From: Eledone cirrhosa
Lineage: Eukaryota
Direction of reading: 5' to 3'
DNA length: 64,000 nt
Assembly: GCA_964016885.1 (NCBI GenBank)
Contig: OZ024744.1
Coordinates: 20,212,001 to 20,276,000, forward strand
In this document: positions 1 to 13,560 of the stretch, piece by piece
How the letters are laid out: each line of letters begins with the position of its first letter
Numbering within the stretch: the stretch's first letter is position 1
Translations under genes and position numbers: made by a program
The notes under the pieces: model-generated
What the model was told of the DNA's origin: nothing
Databases searched by the model: none
Seen by the model: the letters and a program-made list of their open reading frames with translations, nothing else

Positions 1-3000
1 TGGTTTTAACAACAGTTGAATCTTAAGAACTGACTTGTTTTGACAACAGTTGAATCTTAAGAAAAACTAGTTTTAACAACAGATGAATTTTAAGATAAAA
101 TTCGTTTTAACAACAGTTGAATCTTAAGAACTGATTCGTTTTAACAACAGTTGAATCTTAAGAAAACCATTGGTTTTAACAACAATTGAATCTTGAGATA
201 AAATTCGTTTTACCAACAGTTGAATATTAAGAACTAACTCGTTTTATCAATAGTTGAATCTTAACATACATTCATTTTAACAACAGTTGAATCTTAAGAT
301 GAAACTCGTTTTAACAACAGTTGAATGTTAAGATAAAACTGGTTTTAACAACAGTTTAATCTTAAAATAAAACTAGTTTTAACAACAGTTGAATCTTAAG
401 AACTGACTCGTTTTAACAACGGTTGAATCTTAAGAACTGACTCGTTTTAACAACAGTTGAATTTTAAGTTAAAACTCCTTTTAACAACAGTTGATTCTTA
501 AAAACAGTCTCGTTTTAACAACAGTTGAATCTTAAGATAAAACTCGTTTTAACAACAGTTGAATGTTAAGAACTGACTCGTTTTAAGAACAGTTGAATTT
601 TAAGAACTGACTCTTAAGATAAACATTCTTAAGAACTGACTTGTTTCAACAACAGTTGAATTTTATGATAAAACTCGTTTTAACAACAGTTGAATCTTAA
701 GAACTGACGCGTTTTAACAGCATTTGAATCTGAAGAACTAACAAGTTTTAACAACAGTTGAATCTTAAGATAAAACTGGTTTTAACAACATTTGAATCTT
801 CAGATAAAACTCCTTTTAACAACAGTTGTATATTAATATCTGACTCGTTTTAACAAAAAATAAATCTTAAGATAAAACTTGTTTTAACAACAGTTGAATC
901 TTAAGATAAAATTCGTTTTAACCACAGCTGAATCTTAAGAACTGACGCGTTTTAGCTGCATTTGAATCTGAAGAACTGACTAGTTTTAACAAGAGTTGAA
1001 TCTTAAGAACTGACTTGTTTTAACAACAGTTGAATTTTAAGATAAAACTCGTTTTAACAACAGTTGAATCTTAAGATAAAACTCGTTTTAACAACAGTTG
1101 CATTTTAAGATAAAACTCGTTTTAACAACAGTTGAATCTTAAGATCTGACTCGATTTAACAACAATTGAAACTTAAAATAAAACTCGTTTTAACAACAGT
1201 TGAATCTTAAGAACTGACTCGTATTAAAAACAGTGGTATCTTAAGATAAAAGTCGTTTTAATAAAAATTGAATCTTAATAACTGGCTCGTTTTAACAACA
1301 GTTGAATCTTAATAACTGACTTTTTTTAACAACAGTTGAATCTTAAGAACTAACTCGTTTTAACAACTGTTGAATCTTAAGATAAAACTCGTTTTATCAA
1401 CAGTTGAGTCTTAAGAAGTGACTTGTTTTAACAACAGTTGAATTTTAAGATAAAACTCGTTTTAATAACTGTTGAATCTTAGGACTGGCTCGGTTTAACA
1501 CCAGTTGAGTCTGAAGAAGTGATTCCTTTTAACAACAGTTGAATCTTAAGATAAAACTCGTTTTAACAACAGTTGAATCTTAAAGATAAAACTCGTTTTA
1601 ACAACAGTTGAATCTTAAGAACTGACTCGTTTTAACAACAGTTGAATCTCAAGATAAAACTCGTTTTAGCAATAGTTGAATCTTAAGAACTGACTCGTTT
1701 TAACAACAGTTGAATCTTAAGATAAAACTCGTTTTAACAACAGTTGAATCTTAAGAACTGACTCGTTTTAACAACAGTTGAATCTTCAGATAAAACTCGT
1801 TTTAAGAACAGTTGAATCTTAAGTACTGACTCGTTTTATCAACAGTTCGACCTTAAGAACTGACTTGTTTTAACAACAGTTGAATCTTAAGAACTGACTC
1901 GTTTTAACAAGAGTTGAATCTTAAGATAAAACTCGTTTTAACAACAGTTGAATCTTAAGAACTGACTCATTTTCATAACAGTTGAATCTTAAGATAAAAC
2001 TCGTTTTAACAACAGTTGAATCTTAAGAACTGACTCGTTTTAACAACAGTTCAACCTCAAGAACTGACTCGTTTTAACAACAGTTGAATCTTAAGAACTG
2101 ACTCGTTTTAACAACAGTTGAATCGTAAGATAAAACCCCTTTTAACAACAGTTGAATCTTAAGAACTCACTCGTTTTAACAACAGTTCAACCTTAAGAAC
2201 TGACTCGTTTTAACAACAGTTGAATCTTAAGAACTGGCTCGTTTTAAAACAGTTGAATCTTAAGATAACACTCGTTTTAACATCAGTGGAATCTTTAGAA
2301 CTGACTCGTTTTAACCCCAGTTGAATCTTAAAATAAAATTCGTTTTAACAACAGTTGAATCTCAAGAACTGACTCGTTTTAACAACAGTTGAGTCTTAAG
2401 ACAAAATCCGTTTTAACAACAGTTGAATCTAAAGAACTGTCTCGTTTTAACAACAGTTGAATCTTAATAACTGATTCGTTTTAACAACAGTTCAAACTTA
2501 AGAACTGACTCGTTTTAACAACAGTTGAATCTTATGATAAAACTCATTTTAACAACAGTTGAATCTTAAGAACTGATTCGTTTTAACAACAGATGAATCT
2601 TAAGATAAACCTCGTTTTAACAACAGTTGAATCTTAAGAACTGGCTCGTTTTGACAACAGTTGAATCTTAAGATAAAACTCGTTTTAACAACAGTTGAAT
2701 CTTAAGAACTTACCCGTTTTAACAACAGTTCAACATTAAGAACTGACTCGTTTAACAACAGTTGAATCTTCAAATAAAACTCGTTTTAACAACAGTTGAA
2801 TCTTCAGATCTGACTCGTTTTAACAACAGTTGAATCTTAAGATAAAACTCGTTTTAACGACAGTTGAATGTTAAGAACTGACTCGTATTAACAACAGTTG
2901 AATCTTAAGATAAAACTCGTTTTAACAACAGTTAAATCTTAAGAACTGACTCGTTTTAACAACAGTTGAATCTTAAGATGTAACTCGTTTTAACAACAGT

Positions 3001-6000
3001 TGAATCTTATGAACTGACTCGATTTAACAGCAGTTGAATCTTAAGATAAAACTCGTTTTAACAACAGTTGAATCTTAAGAACTGGCTCGTTTTAACAACA
3101 GTTGAGTGTTAAGATAAAACTCGTTTTAACAATAGTTGAATCTTAAGAACTGACTCGTTTTAACAACAGTTGAATCTTAAGATAAAACTCGTTTTAACAA
3201 CAGTTGAATCTAAAAAACTAACTCGTTTTAACAACAGCTGAATCTTAAGATAAAACTCGTTTTAACAACAGTTGAATCTTAACAACTGACTCATTTTAAC
3301 AACTGTTCAACCTTAAGAACTGACTCGTTTTAACAACAGTTGAATCTTCAAATAAAACTCGTTTTAACAACAGTTGAACCTTCAAATAAAACTCGTTTTA
3401 ACAACAGTTGAATCTTCAGATCTGACTCGTTTTAACAACAGTTGAATATTAAGATAAAACTCGTTTTAACAATAGTTGAATCTTAAGAACTGACTCATTT
3501 TAACAACAGTTGAATCTTAAGATAAAACTCGTTTTAACAACAGTTGAATCTGAAGAACTGACTCTTTTTAACAACAGTTGAATCTTAAGAACCTACTCGT
3601 TTTAACAACTGTTGAATCTTAAGATAAAACTCGTTTTATCAACAGTTGAATCTTAAGAAGTGACTTGTTTTAACAACAGTTGAATTTTAAGATAAAACTC
3701 GTTTTAACAACAGTTGAATCTTAATATAAAACTGGTTTTAACAACAGTTGAATCTTAAGAACTGACTTGTTTTGACAACAGTTGAATCTTAAGAAAAACT
3801 AGTTTTAACAACAGATGAATTTTAAGATAAAATTCGTTTTAACAACAGTTGAATCTTAAGAACTGATTCGTTTTAACAACAGTTGAATCTTAAGAAAACC
3901 ATTGGTTTTAACAACAATTGAATCTTGAGATAAAATTCGTTTTACCAACAGTTGAATATTAAGAACTAACTCGTTTTATCAATAGTTGAATCTTAACATA
4001 CATTCATTTTAACAACAGTTGAATCTTAAGATGAAACTCGTTTTAACAACAGTTGAATGTTAAGATAAAACTGGTTTTAACAACAGTTTAATCTTAAAAT
4101 AAACTAGTTTTAACAACAGTTGAATCTTAAGAACTGACTCGTTTTAACAACGGTTGAATCTTAAGAACTGACTCGTTTTAACAACAGTTGAATTTTAAGT
4201 TAAAACTCCTTTTAACAACAGTTGATTCTTAAAAACAGTCTCGTTTTAACAACAGTTGAATCTTAAGATAAAACTCGTTTTAACAACAGTTGAATGTTAA
4301 GAACTGACTCGTTTTAAGAACAGTTGAATTTTAAGAACTGACTCTTAAGATAAACATTCTTAAGAACTGACTTGTTTCAACAACAGTTGAATTTTATGAT
4401 AAAACTCGTTTTAACAACAGTTGAATCTTAAGAACTGACGCGTTTTAACAGCATTTGAATCTGAAGAACTAACAAGTTTTAACAACAGTTGAATCTTAAG
4501 ATAAAACTGGTTTTAACAACATTTGAATCTTCAGATAAAACTCCTTTTAACAACAGTTGTATATTAATATCTGACTCGTTTTAACAAAAAATAAATCTTA
4601 AGATAAAACTTGTTTTAACAACAGTTGAATCTTAAGATAAAATTCGTTTTAACCACAGCTGAATCTTAAGAACTGACGCGTTTTAGCTGCATTTGAATCT
4701 GAAGAACTGACTAGTTTTAACAAGAGTTGAATCTTAAGAACTGACTTGTTTTAACAACAGTTGAATTTTAAGATAAAACTCGTTTTAACAACAGTTGAAT
4801 CTTAAGATAAAACTCGTTTTAACAACAGTTGCATTTTAAGATAAAACTCGTTTTAACAACAGTTGAATCTTAAGATCTGACTCGATTTAACAACAATTCA
4901 ATCTTAAAATAAAACTCGTTTTAACAACAGTTGAATCTTAAGAACTGACTCGTATTAAAAACAGTGGTATCTTAAGATAAAAGTCGTTTTAATAAAAATT
5001 GAATCTTAATAACTGGCTCGTTTTAACAACAGTTGAATCTTAATAACTGACTTTTTTTAACAACAGTTGAATCTTAAGAACTAACTCGTTTTAACAACTG
5101 TTGAATCTTAAGATAAAACTCGTTTTATCAACAGTTGAGTCTTAAGAAGTGACTTGTTTTAACAACAGTTGAATTTTAAGATAAAACTCGTTTTAATAAC
5201 TGTTGAATCTTAGGACTGGCTCGGTTTAACACCAGTTGAGTCTGAAGAAGTGATTCCTTTTAACAACAGTTGAATCTTAAGATAAAACTCGTTTTAACAA
5301 CAGTTGAATCTTAAAGATAAAACTCGTTTTAACAACAGTTGAATCTTAAGAACTGACTCGTTTTAACAACAGTTGAATCTCAAGATAAAACTCGTTTTAG
5401 CAATAGTTGAATCTTAAGAACTGACTCGTTTTAACAACAGTTGAATCTTAAGATAAAACTCGTTTTAACAACAGTTGAATCTTAAGAACTGACTCGTTTT
5501 AACAACAGTTGAATCTTCAGATAAAACTCGTTTTAAGAACAGTTGAATCTTAAGTACTGACTCGTTTTATCAACAGTTCGACCTTAAGAACTGACTTGTT
5601 TTAACAACAGTTGAATCTTAAGAACTGACTCGTTTTAACAAGAGTTGAATCTTAAGATAAAACTCGTTTTAACAACAGTTGAATCTTAAGAACTGACTCA
5701 TTTTCATAACAGTTGAATCTTAAGATAAAACTCGTTTTAACAACTGTTGAATCATGAGAACTGACTCGTTTTAACAACAGTTGAATCGTAAGATAAAACC
5801 CCTTTTAACAACAGTTGAATCTTAAGAACTCACTCGTTTTAACAACAGTTCAACCTTAAGAACTGACTCGTTTTAACAACAGTTGAATCTTAAGAACTGG
5901 CTCGTTTTAAAACAGTTGAATCTTAAGATAACACTCGTTTTAACATCAGTGGAATCTTTAGAACTGACTCGTTTTAACCCCAGTTGAATCTTAAAATAAA

Positions 6001-7370
6001 ATTCGTTTTAACAACAGTTGAATCTCAAGAACTGACTCGTTTTAACAACAGTTGAGTCTTAAGACAAAATCCGTTTTAACAACAGTTGAATCTAAAGAAC
6101 TGTCTCGTTTTAACAACAGTTGAATCTTAATAACTGATTCGTTTTAACAACAGTTCAAACTTAAGAACTGACTCGTTTTAACAACAGTTGAATCTTATGA
6201 TAAAACTCATTTTAACAACAGTTGAATCTTAAGATAACATTCGTTTTAACAACAGATGAATCTTAAGATAAACCTCGTTTTAACAACAGTTGAATCTTAA
6301 GAACTGGCTCGTTTTGACAACAGTTGAATCTTAAGATAAAACTCGTTTTAACAACAGTTGAATCTTAAGAACTTACCCGTTTTAACAACAGTTCAACATT
6401 AAGAACTGACTCGTTTAACAACAGTTGAATCTTCAAATAAAACTCGTTTTAACAACAGTTGAATCTTCAGATCTGACTCGTTTTAACAACAGTTGAATCT
6501 TAAGATAAAACTCGTTTTAACGACAGTTGAATGTTAAGAACTGACTCATATTAACAACAGTTGAATCTTAAGATAAAACTCGTTTTAACAACAGTTAAAT
6601 CTTAAGAACTGACTCGTTTTAACAACAGTTGAATCTTAAGATGTAACTCGTTTTAACAACAGTTGAATCTTATGAACTGACTCGATTTAACAGCAGTTGA
6701 ATCTTAAGATAAAACTCGTTTTAACAACAGTTGAATCTTAAGAACTGGCTCGTTTTAACAACAGTTGAGTGTTAAGATAAAACTCGTTTTAACAATAGTT
6801 GAATCTTAAGAACTGACTCGTTTTAACAACAGTTGAATCTTAAGATAAAACTCGTTTTAACAACAGTTGAATCTAAAAAACTGACTCGTTTTAACAACAG
6901 CTGAATCTTAAGATAAAACTCGTTTTAACAACAGTTGAATCTTAACAACTGACTCATTTTAACAACTGTTCAACCTTAAGAACTGACTCGTTTTAACAAC
7001 AGTTGAATCTTCAAATAAAACTCGTTTTAACAACAGTTGAACCTTCAAATAAAACTCGTTTTAACAACAGTTGAATCTTCAGATCTGACTCGTTTTAACA
7101 ACAGTTGAATCTTAAGATAAAACTCGTTTTAACAATAGTTGAATCTTAAGAACTGACTCATTTTAACAACAGTTGAATCGTAAGATAAAACTCGTTTTAA
7201 CAACAGTTGAATCTGAAGAACTGACTCTTTTTAACAACAGTTGAATCTTAAGAACCTACTCGTTTTAACAACTGTTGAATCTTAAGATAAAACTCGTTTT
7301 ATCAACAGTTGAATCTTAAGGAGTGACTTGTTTTAACAACAGTTGAATTTTAAGATAAAACTCGTTTTAA
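1..7370. repeat. Higher-order tandem duplication, about 3.7 kb x2 (copy 1 about 1-3732, copy 2 about 3733-7370)
   Basis: Rare markers recur in order. ACCATTGG is at 166/3898 (offset 3732), CTCTTAAGATAAACATTC at 611/4342 (3731) and CGTAAGATAAAACCCC at 2124/5787 (3663, after a 68-bp loss). The copies diverge near 7371. Confidence 0.93.
600..642. repeat. Two consecutive internally deleted monomers (14-15 nt units); duplicated at about 4331-4373
   Basis: The sequence TTAAGAACTGACTC-TTAAGATAAACATTC-TTAAGAACTGAC lacks the 20-nt GTTTTAACAACAGTTGAATC segment twice in a row. Confidence 0.9.
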
Positions 7371-10300
7371 TAACAGTTTAATCTTAAGAACTGGCTCGGT
7401 TTAACACCAGTTGTGTCTGAAGAACTGATTCCTTTTAACAACAGTTGAATCTTAAGATAAAACTCGTTTTAACAACAGTTGAATCTTAAAGATAAAACTC
7501 GTTTTAACAACAGTTGAATCTTAAGAACTGACTCGTTTTAACAACAGTTGAATCTTAAGATAAAACTCGTTTTAACAACAGTTGAATCTTAAGAACTGAC
7601 TCGTTTTAACAACAGTTGAATCTTAAGAACTGGCTCGTTTTAAAACAGTTGAATCTTAAGATAACACTCGTTTTAACATCAGTGGAATCTTTAGAACTGA
7701 CTCGTTTTAACACCAGTTGAATCTTAAAATAAAATTCGTTTGAACAACAGTTGAATCTCAAGAACTGACTCGTTTTAACAACAGTTGAGTCTTAAGACAA
7801 AACCCGTTTTAACAACAGTTGAATCTAAAGAACTGTCTCGTTTTAACAACAGTTGAATCTTAATAACTGATTCGTTTTAACAACAGTTCAAACTTAAGAA
7901 CTGACTCGTTTTGACAACAGCTGAATCTTAAGATAAAACTCGTTTTAACAACAGTTGAATCTTAAGAACTTACTCGTTTTAACAACACATCAACATTAAG
8001 AACTGACTCGTTTAACAACAGTTGAATCTTCAAATAAAACTCGTTTTAACAACAGTTGAATCTTCAGATCTGACTCGTTTTAACAACAGTTGAATTTTAA
8101 GATAAAACTCGTTTTAACAACAGTTGAATGTTAAGAACTGACTCGTATTAACAACAGTTGAATCTTAATATAAAACTCGTTTTAACAACAGTTAAATCTT
8201 AAGAACTGACTCGTTTTAACAACAGTTGAATCTTAAGATGTAACTCGTTTTAACAACAGTTGAATCTTATGAACTGACTCGATTTAACAGCAGTTGAATC
8301 TTAAGATAAAACTCGTTTTAACAACAGTTGAATCTTAAGAACTGGCTCGTTTTAACAACAGTTGAGTGTTAAGATAAAACTCGTTTTAACAATAGTTGAA
8401 TCTTAAGAACTGACTCGTTTTAACAACAGTTGAATCTTAAGCTAAAACTCGTTTTAACAACAGTTGAATCTTCAGAACTGACTCGTTTTAACAACAGCTG
8501 AATCTTAAGATAAAACTCGTTTTAACAACAGTTGAATCTTAACAACTGACTCGTTTTAACAACTGTTCAACCTTAAGAACTGACTCGTTTTAACAACAGT
8601 TGAATCTTCAAATAAAACTCGTTTTAACAACAGTTGAATCTTCAGATCTGACTCATTTTAACAACAGTTGAATCTGAAGAACTGACTCTTTTTAACAACA
8701 GTTGAATCTTAAGAACCTACTCGTTTTAACAACTGTTGAATCTTAAGATAAAACTCGTTTTATCAAAAGTTGAATCTTAAGAAGTGACTTGTTTTAACAA
8801 CAGTTGAATTTTAAGATAAAACTCGTTTTAATAACAGTTTAATCTTAAGAAATGGCTCGGTTTAACACCAGTTGAGTCTGAAGAACTGATTCCTTTTAAC
8901 AACAGTTGAATCTTAAGATAAAACTCGTTTTAACAACAGTTGAATCTTAAAGATAAAACTCGTTTTAACAACAGTTGAATCTTAAGAACTGACTCGTTTT
9001 AACAACAGTTGAATCTTAAGATAAAACTCGTTTTAACAACAGTTGAATCTTAAGAACTGACTCGTTTCAACAACAGTTGAATCGTAAGATAAAACACATT
9101 TTAACAACAGTTGAATCTTAAGAACTCACTCGTTTTAACAACAGTTCAACCTTAAGAACTGACTCGTTTTAACAACAGTTGAATCTTCAAATAAAACTCG
9201 TTTTAACAACAGTTGAATCTTAAGAACTGACTCGTTTTAACAACAGTTGAATCTTAAGAACTGGCTCGTTTTAAAACAGTTGAATCTTAAGATAACACTC
9301 GTTTTAACATCAGTGGAATCTTTAGAACTGACTCGTTTTAACACCAGTTGAATCTTAAAATAAAATTCGTTTTAACAACAGTTGAATCTCAAGAACTGAC
9401 TCGTTTTAACAACAGTAGAGTCTTAAGACAAAACCCGTTTTAACAACAGTTGAATCTAAGGAACTGTCTCGTTTTAACAACAGTTGAATCTTAATAACTG
9501 ATTCGTTTTAACAACTGTTCAAACTTAAGAACTGACTCGTTTTAACAACAGTTGAATCTTATGATAAAACTCATTTTAACAACAGTTGAATCTTAAGAAC
9601 TGATTCGTTTTAACAACAGATGAATCTTAAGATAAACCTCGTTTTAACAACAGTTGAATCTTAAGAACTGGCTCGTTTTGACAACAGTTGAATCTTAAGA
9701 TAAAACTCGTTTTAACAACAGTTGAATCTTAAGAACTTACTCGTTTTAACAACAGTTGAATCTTAAGATAAAACTCGTTTTAACAACAGTTGAATGTTAA
9801 GAACTGACCCGTATTAACAACAGTTGAATCTTAAGATAAAACTTGTTTTAACAACAGTTAAATCTTAAGAACTGACTCGTTTTAACAACAGTTGAATCTT
9901 AAGATGTAACTCGTTTTAACAACAGTTGAATCTTATGAACTGACTCGTTTTAACAGCAGTTGAATCTTAAGAACTGGCTCGTTTTAACAACAGTTGAGTG
10001 TTAAGATAAAACTCGTTTTAACAATAGTTGAATCTTAAGAACTGACTCGTTTTAACAACAGTTGAATCTTAAGATAAAACTCGTTTTAACAACAGTTGAA
10101 TCTTAAGAACTGACTCGTTTTAACAACAGCTGTATCTTAAGATAAAACTCGTTTTAACAACAGTTGAATCTTAACAACTGACTCGTTTTAACAACTGTTT
10201 AACCTTAAGAACTGACTAGTTTTAACAAGAGTTGAATCTTCAAATAAAACTCGTTTTAACAACAGTTGAATCTTAAGAACTGACTCGTTTTAACAACAGC

Positions 10301-11814
10301 TGAATCTTAAGATAAAACTCGTTTTAACAACAGTTGAATCTTAAGAACTGGCTCGTTTTCACAACAGTTGAATCTTAAGATAAAACTCGTTTTAACAACA
10401 GTTGAATCTCAAGAACTGACTCGTTTTAACAACAGTTCAACTTTAAGAACTGACTCGTTTAACAACAGTTGAATTTTCAAATAAAACTCGTTTTAACAAC
10501 AGTTGAATCTTCAGATCTGACTCGTTTTAACAGCAGTTGAATCTTAAGATAAAACTCGTTTTAACAACAGTTGAATGTTAAGATAAAACTTGTTTTAACA
10601 ATAGTTGAATCTTAAGAACTGACTCGTTTTAACAACAGTTGAATCTTAAGATAAAACTCGTTTTAACAACAGTTGAATCTGAAGAACTGACTCTTTTTAA
10701 GAACAGTTGAATCTTAAGAACCTACTCGTTTTAACAACTGTTGAATCTTCAGATAAACCTCGTTTTATCAACAGTTGAATCTTAAGAAGTGACTTGTTTT
10801 AACAACAGTTGAATTTTAAGATAAAACTCGTTTTAATAACAGTTTAATCTTAAGAACTGGCTCGGTTTAAGACCAGTTGAATCTGAAGACCTGATTCCTT
10901 TTAACAACAGTTGAATCTTAAGATAAAACTCGTTTTAACAACAGTTGAATCTTAAAGATAAAACTCGTTTTAACAACAGTTGAATCTTAAGAACTGACTC
11001 GTTTTAACAACAGTTGAATCTTAAGATAAAACTCGTTTTAACAACTGTTGAATCTTAAGAACTGACTCGTTTTAACAACAGTTGAATCTTAAGAACTGAC
11101 TCGTTTTAACAACAGCTGACTCTTAAGATAAAACTCGTTTTAACAACAGTTGAATCTTAAGAACTGACTCGTTTTAACAACAGTTCAACATTAAGAACTG
11201 ACTCGTTTAACAACAGTTGAATCTTCAAATAAAACTCGTTTTAACAACAGTTGAATCTTCAGATCTGACTCGTTTTAACAACAGTTGAATCTTAAGATAA
11301 AACTCGTTTTAACAACAGTTGAATGTTAAGAACTGACTCGTATTAACAACAGTTGAATCTTAAGATAAAACTCGTTTTAACAACAGTTGAATCTTATGAA
11401 CTGACTCGTTTTAACAGCAGTTGAATCTTAAGATAAAACTCGTTTTAACAACAGTTGAATCTTAAGAACTGGCTCGTTTTAACAACAGTTGAGTGTTAAG
11501 ATAAAACTCGTTTTAACAATAGTTGAATCTTAAGAACTGACTCGTTTTAACAACAGTTGAATCTTAAGATAAAACTCGTTTTAACAATAGTTGAATCTTA
11601 AGAACTGACTCGTTTTAACAACAGCTGTATCTTAAGATAAAACTCGTTTTAACAACAGTTGAATCTTAACAACTGACTCGTTTTAACAACTGTTCAACCT
11701 TAAGAACTGACTAGTTTTAACAACAGTTGAATCTTCAAATAAAACTCGTTTTAACAACAGTTGAATCTTAAGAACTGACTCGTTTTAACAACAGCTGAAT
11801 CTTAAGATAAAACT

Positions 11815-13560
11815 CGATTTAACAACAGTTGTATATTAATATCTGACTCGTTTTAACAAAAAATAAATCTTAAGATAAAACTTGTTTTAACAACAGTTGA
11901 ATCTTAAGATAAAACTCGTTTTAACCACAGTTGAATCTTAAGAACTGACGCGTTTTAGCTGCATTTGAATCTGAAGAACTGACTAGTTTTAACAAGAGTT
12001 GAATCTTAAGAACTGACTTGTTTTAACAACAGTTGAATTTTAAGATAAAACTCGTTTTAACAACAGTTGAATCTTAAGATAAAACTCGTTTTAACAACAG
12101 TTGCATTTTAAGATAAAACTCGTTTTAACAACAGTTGAATCTTAAGATCTGACTCGATTTAACAACAATTGAATCTTAAAATAAAACTCGTTTTATCAAC
12201 AGTTGAATCTTAAGAACTGACTCGTATTAAAAACAGTGGTAACTTAAGATAAAAGTCGTTTTAATAAAAATTGAATCTTAATAACTGGCTCGTTTTAACA
12301 ACAGTTGAATCTTAATAACTGACTTTTTTTAACAACAGTTGAATCTTAAGAACTAACTCGTTTTAACAACTGTTGAATCTTAACATAAAACTCGTTTTAT
12401 CAACGGTTGAGTCTTAAGAAGTGACTTGTTTTAACAACAGTTGAATTTTAAGATAAAACTCGTTTTTATAACTGTTGAATCTTAGGAACTGGCTCGGTTT
12501 AACACCAGTTGAGTCTGAAGAAGTAATTCCTTTTAACAACAGTTGAATCTTAAGATAAAACTCGTTTTAACAACAGTTGAATCTTAAAGATAAAACTCGT
12601 TTTAACAACAGTTGAATCTTAAGAACTGACTCGTTTTAACAACAGTTGAATCTTAAGATAACACTCGTTTTAACAATAGTTGAATCTTAAGAACTGACTC
12701 GTTTTAACAACAGTTGAATCTTAAGATAAATCTCGTTTTAACAACAGTTGAATCTTAAGAACTGACTCGTTTTAACAACAGTTGAATCTTCAGATAAAAC
12801 TCGTTTTAAGAACAGTTGAATCTTAAGTACTGACTCGTTTTATCAACAGTACAACCTTAAGAACTGACTCGTTTTAACAACAGTTGAATCTTAAGAACTG
12901 ACTCGTTTTAACAAGAGTTGAATCTTAAGATAAAACTCGTTTTAACAACAGTTGAATCATAAGAACTGACTCGTTTTAACAACAGCTGAATCTTAACATA
13001 AAACTCGTTTTAACAACAGTTGAATCTTAAGAACTGACTCGTTTTAACAACAGTTCAACCTTAAGAACTGACTCGTTTTAACAACAGTTGAATCTAAAGA
13101 ACTGGCTCGTTTTAAAACAGTTGAATCTTAAGATAACACTCGTTTAACATCAGTGGAATCTTTAGAACTGACTCGTTTTAACACCAGTTGAATCTTAAAA
13201 TAAAATTCGTTTTAACAACAGTTGAATCTCAAGAACTGACTCGTTTTAACAACAGTTGAGTCTTAAGACAAACCCGTTTTAACAACAGTTGAATCTAAAG
13301 AACTGTCTCGTTTTAACAACAGTTGAATCTTAATAACTGATTCGTTTTAACAACAGTTCAAACTTAAGAACTGACTCGTTTTAACAACAGTTGAATCTTA
13401 TGATAAAACTCATTTTAACAACAGTTGAATCTTAAGAACTGATTCGTTTTAACAACAGATGAATCTTAAGATAACCTCGTTTTAACAACAGTTGAATCTT
13501 AAGAACTGGCTCGTTTTGACAACAGTTGAATCTTAAGATAAAACTCGTTTTAACAACAGT
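11815..13560. repeat. Third, partial and more diverged copy of the 3.7-kb block (homologous to about 815-2680)
   Basis: It shares GTTGTATATTAATATCTGACTCGTTTTAACAAAAAATAAATC, GACGCGTTTTAGCTGCATTTG, AAGTACTGAC and CATCAGTGGAATCTTTAG in the same order as copies 1 and 2. Confidence 0.88.
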
